A stretch of DNA of 60,992 nt, the filler included. It is 8 parts of 8 records of this genome, joined end to end, with 100 filler letters (N's around TTAATTAATTAA, not from the genome) between each part and the next. Parts side by side here need not be neighbours in the genome. Positions count along the whole stretch, not along the records: positions 11,819 to 30,133 come from SRR20825015_525; 7 more parts are not named here. The stretch is one strand, 5' to 3'. Positions 19,602-28,339 of the stretch are shown piece after piece. Position 1 is the first letter of the stretch. Each line of letters starts with the position of its first letter. The notes beneath the pieces were generated by a model. That model saw only the letters and a list, made by a program, of their open reading frames with translations. It did no database searches and was not told where the DNA came from. A program made the position numbers and the translations under genes.

Positions 19602-19812
19602 AACAATAGGCCCGCAGGCAGCCCCGCAAATGCTGTCCTACACGGCGCGGATCGAGATCGAACGGGAACATCTGACTGTGGACGGCAGGGACGTGCGGCT
19701 GGTGCCCGGCATGTCCGTGACGGCGGATCTGCTGACGGGAGAGAGACGGGTGCTGGAATATGTGCTGCAGCCGGTGCTGCGTTATGCAAGTGAAGGGATG
19801 CGAGAGCGATGA
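19602..19812 (+). pseudogene. HlyD-family T1SS membrane fusion protein, C-terminal fragment
   Basis: YTARIEIEREHLTVDGRDVRLVPGMSVTADLLTGERRVLEYVLQPVLRYASEGMRER*; a GC-rich piece inside the AT-rich island. Confidence 0.85.
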
Positions 19813-20666
19813 TAAAAAACATGACTAATAGACGTTGTTTTGCTTTGTTTTTGCTTAACATAAGTTGTTTTATTGCTGTTATTTTGTTGGGAATTTTGAC
19901 TTCTAAGTCCTCATTCGCTCAATACATATTAGCTCAGAGTGAAGCATCTATTGATTACGAAGAATTTAAATTGAAATCAATGAAAAATATAAAAGAAGAT
20001 TTATTTCGATCTATTGTTGAATCTATTCGGGCAAAACTTATTGTCGACAATAATGTAGAGTTAAAAATAAGAAGTTATGGTGGGGATATTTTTTTCCGAA
20101 AGCATTATTCAAGTAATGTAGACAAAAATACAGCGATGAAAATTTCTTCTCAATTAAATCGATATGAAAAAATTCTTGATAAGAAATTTGTTGAAAAGAC
20201 GTTCAAAGAATTGAAAAATATGAATGTTTCTTATTTTACTTTTCTTTTTATGAGTAAGGATGATTACTATAAAATAAGTAATTTATATAAATCAGACGGA
20301 ATTAATATTGAGATAGATAATATGAAATCATTTCCGTGCACAGTTAAGAAATTTTCTTACGGTAATGACTTCATAAAACAAACTATGATGGTAGTTGTAG
20401 ATACAGGGGATTCCGTTGTTATTGACAACTGTATTGATAATGTTTTGTTCTATGCCTTTTATCCGGGGCAGTTGTTGGGGTTTATTGGGGGGGAAGGGGG
20501 CAGATATTTGATGGGAGTTCAAGATTTATTTAATATACGAGCGCTTTATGATGATAGGATGCCGTTCAAAATGGAGAAAATTGAAAATAACAGACATATG
20601 GATGTAATTATCAAAGAAACAAAATCTTGGTTAATCTCATGTTACGAAAACAATAAGTGTAAATAA
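19809..20666 (+). CDS. AT-rich hypothetical protein with N-terminal TM or signal segment
   Basis: 285-aa open frame, ATGA-coupled to the hlyD tail. Confidence 0.75.
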   Translation: MIKNMTNRRCFALFLLNISCFIAVILLGILTSKSSFAQYILAQSEASIDYEEFKLKSMKNIKEDLFRSIVESIRAKLIVDNNVELKIRSYGGDIFFRKHYSSNVDKNTAMKISSQLNRYEKILDKKFVEKTFKELKNMNVSYFTFLFMSKDDYYKISNLYKSDGINIEIDNMKSFPCTVKKFSYGNDFIKQTMMVVVDTGDSVVIDNCIDNVLFYAFYPGQLLGFIGGEGGRYLMGVQDLFNIRALYDDRMPFKMEKIENNRHMDVIIKETKSWLISCYENNKCK

Positions 20667-20675
20667 GGAGAAATT

Positions 20676-20730
20676 ATGTCAGGAATTTATAGTTCTAATT
20701 ATCCGTACAATAACTCTATTGATTTCACGT
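20676..20730 (+). pseudogene. 5' fragment (18 codons) of the next gene, cut by motif D
   Basis: Strong RBS TAAGGAG then MSGIYSSNYPYNNSIDFT; the stop is formed at the junction with the repeat. Confidence 0.55.
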
Positions 20731-20757
20731 AAATTAAGGGGACACACACCTTAATTC
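20731..20757 (+). repeat. 27-bp motif, copy D
   Basis: AAATTAAGGGGACACACACCTTAATTC, 6 bp past the RAYT stop codon. Confidence 0.85.
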
Positions 20758-20763
20758 AGCGAG

Positions 20764-21086
20764 TTACGACGGCTCTGTCGTGTCCGCCTTCGGGCCCGGT
20801 TTACGCTTTCTGAGAAGCCTTCCGAGCCGACGCTCAAGGTTCTTCAGGAATTCCTCGTCTCCCAATGGCCGTCCCGTTCTTTCATGCATCCGGATCAACT
20901 CCTCCTGCTCCAGCGATACGCCGCCATCAAGAAACCGCCGCCAATCCCCGATCATATCCGGCAAGTCTGGCGCAAGGATGCGATCGGCGGCTGCCTGCTT
21001 CTCCGGAACGAGGCCGAGATGGGCACGGGCGCTTGACCAGGGCCAGTCCTCAGGCCATCCAGCGAGCCGACGTCCACGCGGTTCAG
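20764..21086 (-). pseudogene. RAYT-type tyrosine transposase, C-terminal remnant (frameshifted)
   Basis: LNRVDVGSLD/fs/PEDWPWSSARAHLG...DWRRFL...IRMHERTGRPLGDEEFLKNLERRLGRLLRKRKPGPK. HUH motif and catalytic Tyr are absent. Confidence 0.85.
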
Positions 21087-21411
21087 TGAGCGACCATCAA
21101 TCAGCAGAATTCCGGCAGTAACTGCACCAGTACGGAGAAGGGCTACAGCAATTCTTCGGCCGGGCCGCTTACCCATGATGGTTGTACGGCGGCAAAGGCG
21201 GACGCGCGGCGTAAACTTTCCGCCCGGGTTCAGCAGAGCTGTCAGCCCTATATCCAGAGCAATGCGCCATGCTCGGTCATCAACATTAATAGCTGCACCT
21301 GATCCGTATCCGGGAGGGCGCTCCGTGCTTTTCTGAACGGCCTCGGCCTACGCAACCGTTTCCGGCTGTAGTGGTTGGATCTGGATGGTGACTCTCATAT
21401 CCAATTAAGGT

Positions 21412-21495
21412 CGTCATTCCCGCGCACGCGGAAACCACAGGGGATCCGCAGGTGGTGCTTGTTATTCCTGGGTCCCCACTGCTGTGGGGATGACG
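21412..21495. repeat. CGTC-type REP doublet (degenerate)
   Basis: CGTCATTCCCGCGCACGCGGAAACC ... GGGTCCCCACTGCTGTGGGGATGACG inverted pair. Confidence 0.7.
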
Positions 21496-21500
21496 ATGTT

Positions 21501-22160
21501 TTATGTGGTGGCCCGTTCGCGCGGCGCGCCATCGCCAAGCACGACCATATCCATGGGAATGTCCCATGGCATCGGGAAGATCGTCGGGATTGCGCATCCG
21601 GGCAGGCCGATCCCGATGATATGCGGGCGGGGTGAGAGGCCGGCCAGGGTCATGTCGTAATAGCCGCCGCCATTGCCCAGCCTGAAGCATTCATCGTCTA
21701 CGCCGACAAGCGGCGAGAGGACGAGGTCGGGCGTGCCGATAGCGCCCTCGGCGGGTACCGGGATGTTCCAGATGCCGCGGGCCATGCGGGCGCCCGGCTG
21801 CCATTCCCGGAAGTGCAGGGGCTGTTTTTTCACCACGACTTCCGGTAGCAGGATTTGCGCCCCCTGGCTGTGGGCTTCTTTCATCCAGGGGCGCATGTCG
21901 GGCTCCCCCAGCATCGGCCAGTAAACCGCGATGCGCCGTCCCTTAAGCGGTCCCGTAACCTGTTTCAGGTCCTTGATGATCGCTTCCGTGGCCGCGCCGC
22001 GCTGTTCCGGCGAGAAGGATTTTCTGACCTCATACAGCCGTTGCCGCTCGGCCTTCCGGAAACGGTTGACGTCACGCAGGGTATCAGGGTCGACCGGATG
22101 TCCTCCGATCAGCAAATGAGCGAAGCAAGGGGCTTCTCCACAATCGGTCCCATTCGACAT
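21501..22160 (-). CDS. 5-formyltetrahydrofolate cyclo-ligase family protein
   Basis: IAVYWPMLGEPD, PLVGVD...RLGNGGGYYD, PWDIPMD. Start ATG 22160. Confidence 0.88.
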   Translation of the reverse strand: MSNGTDCGEAPCFAHLLIGGHPVDPDTLRDVNRFRKAERQRLYEVRKSFSPEQRGAATEAIIKDLKQVTGPLKGRRIAVYWPMLGEPDMRPWMKEAHSQGAQILLPEVVVKKQPLHFREWQPGARMARGIWNIPVPAEGAIGTPDLVLSPLVGVDDECFRLGNGGGYYDMTLAGLSPRPHIIGIGLPGCAIPTIFPMPWDIPMDMVVLGDGAPRERATT

Positions 22161-22228
22161 CTGAAGTGACCTCCCGGGGATAATATTGTTATCGCGCACC
22201 TGGTGTTTACCAAGTTTTGAAAACAACC

Positions 22229-24727
22229 TTACCCCGTATATTTGGCCAGTACAGCATAGAGTGTGTTTGGATCGACCGGCTTGGCGATGTGGTCGACCAT
22301 TCCGGCGTCGCGGCTGTTCCGGCGGTCGTCATCGAAGGCATTCGCCGTCATGGCGATGATCGGCAGGGTGCTGTGATTCAGATCTCCGAGGATCATCCGG
22401 GCCGCGCTGAGGCCGTCCATTTCCGGCATTTGCAGGTCCATGAGGATGGCGGAGAAGGTTCCCGGCGGCTCCGCCAGCACGCTCTCGACAGCATGTTTCC
22501 CGGTTTCGGCAATCGTCACATCCATGCCGACCTGTTCCAGCAGTTCCCGGGCGACGCGCTGGTTCGCCGCATTATCCTCGGCCAGCAGCACACGCAGGCC
22601 CGAGAGCGCGTCCCGGTGATCCTGGTTGATCTCGGGGCGGGAATACTCCTTCGGAGTTGTCTGCCCAAAGGCCATGAGAAAGATATCCCGCAGTCGCGAT
22701 GGTGTCGCAGCCTTCGGAATCATGCCGTCCGTCTCGGCGGCAGACGCTTTCTCACGAATCTCGTTCCCGCCAAATGTCGTGATCAGCAGGCGCTTGACCT
22801 CGCTGCCTGCGATAGCCGGTCGGCTATGCAGTGCCGTGCGCAGGCGGGTTACAGTGTCCGGTGTGGCGAGGCCGTTATCCAGCATCAGGATGTCATAGGG
22901 AGGTTCGGCCACGCGCAGGGCTTCCTCCGCTGCGCTGCAGTCGGCCACCGCTGTAACGGTGACACCGAGCCGTTCAACGGAACGGGCTATGCTTTCTCTC
23001 GCCTTGCCTGAGGCATCGACGGCAAGGACACGCAAGCCAGTCAGGCCAGCGTGCGTCCTGGCGGGCGGGACTTCGGCCGGTGTTTCAAAGCTCACTGTAA
23101 TATGGAAGCTGCTGCCTTCGTCCTTGACGCTTTCCACACCGATTGAGCCACCCATCAGTGTGGTCAGGGCTTTGGAAATCGCCAGGCCAAGGCCGCTGCC
23201 GCCATAACGCCGCGTTGTCGAGGTGTCGGCCTGGCTGAAAGCCTGGAACAGGCTCTTGAACTGCTCCGGTGCCATGCCGATGCCGCTGTCGCTGACCACA
23301 AAGCGAAGCGTTGCGCTTGTCGCATCCTGCTCCACCAGATCAACGCGCAGGATAATCGAGCCTTTATGCGTGAATTTGGCCGCGTTGCTGGTGAGGTTGA
23401 GCAAAATCTGGGCGAGCCGGTACGGGTCCCCAATGAGCTGCTCGGGAACGTCGGTCCCGACCGAGAGGAGGAGGTCGACGTCCGGCGCGCTGATGCTGTT
23501 GCCAGTGAGCGCGATGACGTTTCCAAGCACGTCATCGCGATGAAACAGCAGATGCTCGAGCTCCAGCATGCCGGCGTCAATGCGCGAGAAATCGAGAATG
23601 TCGTCGAGAATTCTGAGAAGCAGATGGCTGGAACTTTCAACCTGTGACAGGTGCTCGTTCTGCTTCTGTGTCAGATCTCCGCGGAGGACGAGCTGGGTGA
23701 AGCCGATGATTGCGTTGAGTGGAGTCCGGATTTCATGGCTCATGTTGGCCAGAAAAGCGGATTTGGCGCGGGCAGCCGACTCGGCCTCGTCTCTTGCCTG
23801 GCGGATCTTTTCCTGATCCTCCATCCAGTCGGTGATGTCGACCAGAACCGAGACCCAGCCGCCGGATTCCGTTTTCCGGGTGCGCCGGTCGATATGTTTC
23901 TGCCGCATGGGCCAGTACTGGACCGAGTGATTGAAATCCTCGAACTCGTAGTAATCGAGATACTGTTGCCAGATTTCCTCGATCGTTTGTCCGGGGAACG
24001 AGTCCAGCTCTTCAACCTCGTAGCGTAAAAGGCCGTACATACCGCCCATCTTGTGCATGAGCTCTTCGGTGTAGCCCTGGATTTCGACGAAGGCGTCGTT
24101 CCAGGCCCGGAAGTTGAAGTCCTTGTCGTAAATGATGACCGGATGCGGGATCGCCTGCAGGGCGGCGTTCAGTTCCTCGTGCAATTGCCGGGATTCATCC
24201 TGTGCGGCGGCCAGATGGGTGTCCCGGTCGAGGAAAGACAGGAGTACCGCTGCTGTTGTGGCGGCGATGGACCGGAAAATTTCGCGGTCAATATCCGAGA
24301 AGGCGTTCTCTCGGTCGGCGATTGCCGCGATGGCTCCGACCGGACCCGAGGCCGTGATAAGAGGAGCGGCAAGGGTTGTCTGTTGGGACGATGGTGCCGG
24401 CGCCTTTTCTCCGGTCGATATGGATTGCCGAATGCGGATACAGCGGGACAGCGGCGAGTCCGGATCCTCAAGGGAAATGACGTGACCCTCCGCCGCCGGG
24501 TATGTAGTGGCCGGATACGTCGTCAGGCTCTTGCCCGTTGTGTCGATCAGGGCGATCTGGGATCGGTCGCATGACAGGATCTTCGGAAGACGCTGATCAA
24601 GCACCCGGCTGAGTGCCGGAATGCTGTCCACGGCCACAAGCGAACTCAAAAGGTCAGCCAGCTCGACGAATGGTAATCCGGGAGCAGTCTGGGCCGTGTC
24701 GGAGGTTGGTCCGGTCATGGGTGGCAT
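22229..24727 (-). CDS. Hybrid sensor histidine kinase (GAF-PAS-HisKA-HATPase-REC-REC)
   Basis: FLANMSHEIRTPLNAI, NAAKFT, DSGIG, GGSGLGLAI, VLLAEDN, LMDLQMPEMDG. Confidence 0.93.
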   Translation of the reverse strand: MPPMTGPTSDTAQTAPGLPFVELADLLSSLVAVDSIPALSRVLDQRLPKILSCDRSQIALIDTTGKSLTTYPATTYPAAEGHVISLEDPDSPLSRCIRIRQSISTGEKAPAPSSQQTTLAAPLITASGPVGAIAAIADRENAFSDIDREIFRSIAATTAAVLLSFLDRDTHLAAAQDESRQLHEELNAALQAIPHPVIIYDKDFNFRAWNDAFVEIQGYTEELMHKMGGMYGLLRYEVEELDSFPGQTIEEIWQQYLDYYEFEDFNHSVQYWPMRQKHIDRRTRKTESGGWVSVLVDITDWMEDQEKIRQARDEAESAARAKSAFLANMSHEIRTPLNAIIGFTQLVLRGDLTQKQNEHLSQVESSSHLLLRILDDILDFSRIDAGMLELEHLLFHRDDVLGNVIALTGNSISAPDVDLLLSVGTDVPEQLIGDPYRLAQILLNLTSNAAKFTHKGSIILRVDLVEQDATSATLRFVVSDSGIGMAPEQFKSLFQAFSQADTSTTRRYGGSGLGLAISKALTTLMGGSIGVESVKDEGSSFHITVSFETPAEVPPARTHAGLTGLRVLAVDASGKARESIARSVERLGVTVTAVADCSAAEEALRVAEPPYDILMLDNGLATPDTVTRLRTALHSRPAIAGSEVKRLLITTFGGNEIREKASAAETDGMIPKAATPSRLRDIFLMAFGQTTPKEYSRPEINQDHRDALSGLRVLLAEDNAANQRVARELLEQVGMDVTIAETGKHAVESVLAEPPGTFSAILMDLQMPEMDGLSAARMILGDLNHSTLPIIAMTANAFDDDRRNSRDAGMVDHIAKPVDPNTLYAVLAKYTG

Positions 24728-24814
24728 CTCTCAGGCATCGACGGAATATGCCCCGGAGAGGGCCATGCTTGGATGCATCTTAGCTTGGATACACGGCATG
24801 ACCATGGCAATAGG

Positions 24815-24839
24815 GGGCGGACCCGATTCAGGTCCGCCC
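24815..24839. terminator. Hairpin GGGCGGACC-N7-GGTCCGCCC
   Basis: Perfect 9-bp stem just downstream of ORF 24867-25178(-). Confidence 0.5.
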
Positions 24840-24866
24840 GATTTTGCAAGGCTCGGTTCCGTGGCC

Positions 24867-25178
24867 TTAACCTTTCCGGAACATGGCGGGTTCTTCGGAC
24901 TGGCTGATGACGCGGTGCTCGAAGGGACCGGAGCGCTTGATCGTCGAGCCGGGCTGAAGATCATATTCCTCGGCATCGGTTGTACCGTCGGCCCGGCGAA
25001 CTTCCCGGCGGAACAGAAAACGTGTCAGCGCGGTAACCGTGTAGGTCTCCCCAGCGCCGTATTTATGCCATTCGGTCGCGTCGCCTTTTTCAGGAAAAAC
25101 AACAAGCCGACCTTTGACGTTGGGTGAGCCGATCGCTACCCCATCGCCTTTACCCGTATCGTGATTATGAACAGTCAT
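24867..25178 (-). CDS. Small hypothetical protein (103 aa, beta-rich)
   Basis: Isolated ORF with protein-like composition, AT-rich upstream region and downstream hairpin. Confidence 0.55.
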   Translation of the reverse strand: MTVHNHDTGKGDGVAIGSPNVKGRLVVFPEKGDATEWHKYGAGETYTVTALTRFLFRREVRRADGTTDAEEYDLQPGSTIKRSGPFEHRVISQSEEPAMFRKG

Positions 25179-25517
25179 CGTGGCCCCACCCCGATTGATT
25201 GAGATAACGGATTTCTAATGTGAGAATTCCAATGCCGTCAATCGAATGTCTTCAATTGTTTGTTGAAAACAATATATAAAATATTTCTTTTATTGCGCGT
25301 AATATGTGTGGCGGCGGCAGCAAATGTCAGAAGCTCCACCAGCAGATCAATATTCAGCAGGAAAATCGGATCATCAAATCGTGCAAAGCAGCGCCCGGAT
25401 GGACGTTTGCCTGATTGCGCGGCGTTTTCGATGGGGCGGGGTGGATGTTTTCACCATTCCGCGTACCAGAGCAAGGTCTCGTGTCGCTGATGTTACTCGC
25501 GCCATTTATTCAATCGG

Positions 25518-26024
25518 CTAAATATTCAGCAGGAAAATCCGGGTTACCGCGATCGTGACCAGTTCCAGATAAAGCATCATCGCGATCATCATGCCGTAGC
25601 GCTGCAGGTCGCTGATCAATTTCGATTTACGCTTGCGGGCGGCAGTACTGAAACTGCCCCATTTCGAGGTGACGTAATCGATCTTCCGAGATTCCGCTGC
25701 CTGCCACCATTGCAGACTGAGGACGACGCCTGCGCTCGCAAGGCTGAAAATCCAGACCATGACCATAAGGAGTTGTGACAATGTCGGGTCCTCCCAATGG
25801 GTCCATTCCCCATAGGCCGTTGCCACCGATGCTCCGAGAGAAAAATAGAGCACGGCCCGCCATTGCTGATGCTTCGAGAAGCGGAGATTCTCGGAGGCGT
25901 CGGCATAGATCGCAAGGAACTCCGCGTGCGTCGTTTCCTCAAGTTCGCTCGGCGTGTCTTCCGCCGGATTGAACGGATCGGTGCGGTCTTCGTCTGTGTC
26001 GATCGGATTGAGCGGCTTCGCCAT
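25518..26024 (-). CDS. Hypothetical membrane protein (about 3 TM)
   Basis: RBS AAAGGA, acidic N-terminus, hydrophobic segments. Confidence 0.7.
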   Translation of the reverse strand: MAKPLNPIDTDEDRTDPFNPAEDTPSELEETTHAEFLAIYADASENLRFSKHQQWRAVLYFSLGASVATAYGEWTHWEDPTLSQLLMVMVWIFSLASAGVVLSLQWWQAAESRKIDYVTSKWGSFSTAARKRKSKLISDLQRYGMMIAMMLYLELVTIAVTRIFLLNI

Positions 26025-26383
26025 GATCGGATCCTTTCCGTCGTGTCTCCCTCTTTCAGGGATATCGGCGTCATCGGAAACAGGGATCGGAATTCCTTAC
26101 ATACTAACGCTAAACGTCTTGATTATTTAATGGAATCTGAGTGTGCCTGATTGCCGTTCCGCCGGAGAACCGGATGGTCACGTCGAAATTTGTCATGCTA
26201 GGTTTGATCACAGATGATGCCAGTCGCGGCGCGATTTTCGGGCGCCGTTTACAAGCAACAGGGGACGGTTGCGGTCAGCATGCATGCAGTGAGGCACTTT
26301 TGCCGGTTTTACGGCCGACAGCAGTCTGAAACACCGTTTCGTGATAGCCGCTCCGGAGCGTGTGGCGGGATGGTGGCCGCCGC

Positions 26384-28321
26384 ATGTCAATGACCCCGGA
26401 GCAGAGTGCTCGACAGTTTTCAGAACTGCTCGAGAAATCACTCGGTGCGCACCAAAAAGGGGATTTGGAGGGCGCCGCGAAAGGGTACCAGGCAATCCTT
26501 GACCGGTTTCCGAACCATGCGGTGACGCTGGATCTCTATGGCACATTGCTGCATCAGAGGGGGGAAGTCGGAAAGGCGCTTGAGTTTCTGGAGCGTGCTG
26601 TTGCCACGGCGCCCGAGCTGGCCTCCGCAAGGCTCCATTTGGGGGCGGTGCGGCTGGCCGCTGGTGATTCCGAGGGCGCACTGAAAGAGTTTCAGGCAGT
26701 TTGTGCGGTCGATGCGGGCAATGCAGAAGGATGGTTGGGGCAGGCGCAGGTGCTCGACCGGCTCAATCGGCTGGAAGAAGCGATCGCCGCTGCCCGCAGG
26801 GCTGTGGATATTCTACCGGCCCATGCCGTCACATTGGGGCGACTGGGCGCTCTGCTTCTGAAAGGAAGACAGGCAGAAGCAGCGTTGCCTGTTTTGGCAG
26901 AGGTGCATCGGGTCGATCCACTGGGGCTTGAGGCTTATCTGCACACGGCTCTGGCGTGGAAAGCCGTCGGAGATAGGGGGGCGGCCAGCAAGGCTGCACG
27001 CCGTGGAATTGTCATTGCGCCAGGCACGTTCGAGTTTTATCTGCAGCTTTCCGGCTCAAAGGCTGACCCGGAACATCGGTTAGATTATGTGGCCTGGGCC
27101 CGGTATGCGGTTACCTTGCGTCCTGGTAATGCGGATCTCTGGGCAAATCTTGCTGTGGAGTTTTCGCAGGAATATTTCAGTGATGCCGCAATCCGTGCAG
27201 GGAAGAGGGCTCAGCTGCTCGACCCCTTGAATGAAGCGTCCCATAACGGGTTAGCTGCGGATCTCTACCGAAGCCAATATATCGATGATGCGCGGCGGGC
27301 ATGCTATCGCGGAATAATTGCTTATCCTTACATTGCAGAGCTGAAGCTGATTGCGGCTGAAACGGAGCTGTGTCACGGCAATTTTGAAAAAGGCTGGGCT
27401 TTGTTCGAGGAGCGTCTCGATCCCAGACTGTCACCGAAGCGGATTGCGCTGCCGCCCTTGTGGGAGAACAGGGAGGAAGATCCAGGGCATCTTTTTATCG
27501 CCGCAGAACAAGGTATTGGCGATGAGTATGTATTTCTGAGCTTTCTTCCATTATTTGCGGAGAAGGTGAAGCAGCTTACGATCGAATGTGACGAACGGAA
27601 CCTTCTGCTCTTTACCCGGAGTTTCCCGGATCACAAATTTGTTGCGCGCCATATTCGTGCGGATGAGCAAGATCGTGCTGTTTTTGACTATAGCAATTGG
27701 CCGGGCCGCCAAGATGTGGATCATGCGATTTTTGCTGGTTCCTTGCCGGGCCTCTTTATCAGGAATGCGGAGATTCCCGGCCCATATGGTGGCTATCTCA
27801 AGGTCGATGAGGCGGAGAGGGCCACATGGAAAGCGAAATTCGACCAGCTAAGTGACAAGCCGAAGATTGGCATCTGTTGGCGCAGTGGCCTTGTGACAAA
27901 GATTCGCGCAGCCTATTTCACGAGCGCCGCCAATCTGGTGGGGGCTCTTGGGCCTGATGACGTCGAATTTGTGAGCCTCGTTTACGATGCGCGGGACGAA
28001 GAGTTGGATGAGGTCGAGAGGCTGTACGGTCGTCGGGTTTATGTTCCCGAAGGGATCGATCAGCGTAATGAGCTGGATCGTGTTGCTGCGATGCTTTCAG
28101 CGCTTGATTGCATCGTTGGTATGGGGGCTGCTCCTATTCTCCTCGGATCCGCGGTAGGAGTGGACGTTATCCATTTGGGGTGGTGCCGATTTCATTGTGC
28201 CGATGAGCATGATGTTGTTTTCGGAAATTGCCATCCGATGCTCAAGCGTCGTGACAGATTTGATATGAGGGTTGCCGTGCCTCGTGCGGCGGCGTTCCTG
28301 CCGACGGTGATCGGGCGCTGA
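26384..28321 (+). CDS. TPR-repeat protein with C-terminal glycosyltransferase-like domain
   Basis: Multiple TPRs, then EQGIGDE, KIGICWRSG, LD.IVG motifs. Confidence 0.8.
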   Translation: MSMTPEQSARQFSELLEKSLGAHQKGDLEGAAKGYQAILDRFPNHAVTLDLYGTLLHQRGEVGKALEFLERAVATAPELASARLHLGAVRLAAGDSEGALKEFQAVCAVDAGNAEGWLGQAQVLDRLNRLEEAIAAARRAVDILPAHAVTLGRLGALLLKGRQAEAALPVLAEVHRVDPLGLEAYLHTALAWKAVGDRGAASKAARRGIVIAPGTFEFYLQLSGSKADPEHRLDYVAWARYAVTLRPGNADLWANLAVEFSQEYFSDAAIRAGKRAQLLDPLNEASHNGLAADLYRSQYIDDARRACYRGIIAYPYIAELKLIAAETELCHGNFEKGWALFEERLDPRLSPKRIALPPLWENREEDPGHLFIAAEQGIGDEYVFLSFLPLFAEKVKQLTIECDERNLLLFTRSFPDHKFVARHIRADEQDRAVFDYSNWPGRQDVDHAIFAGSLPGLFIRNAEIPGPYGGYLKVDEAERATWKAKFDQLSDKPKIGICWRSGLVTKIRAAYFTSAANLVGALGPDDVEFVSLVYDARDEELDEVERLYGRRVYVPEGIDQRNELDRVAAMLSALDCIVGMGAAPILLGSAVGVDVIHLGWCRFHCADEHDVVFGNCHPMLKRRDRFDMRVAVPRAAAFLPTVIGR

Positions 28322-28339
28322 AAAACGCTGTATGCCAAG

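Noticed and set aside
18490-20757. 27-bp repeats as a CRISPR array or integron attC sites
   Set aside because: Copies alternate in orientation and spacing is 46 bp to 1.1 kb. There are no cas or intI genes and no RYYYAAC...GTTRRRY cores.
21087-21410. Gene or ncRNA between the RAYT remnant and the REP
   Set aside because: Only short, interrupted frames and no recognisable motif; left uncalled.
22161-22228. 6S RNA upstream of the 5-formyl-THF cyclo-ligase gene
   Set aside because: Only about 68 bp separate it from the histidine kinase gene, too short for ssrS.
24495-24523. TTYPA-TTYPA micro-duplication in the kinase GAF region
   Set aside because: Short, diverged, in-frame duplication with no evidence of function.
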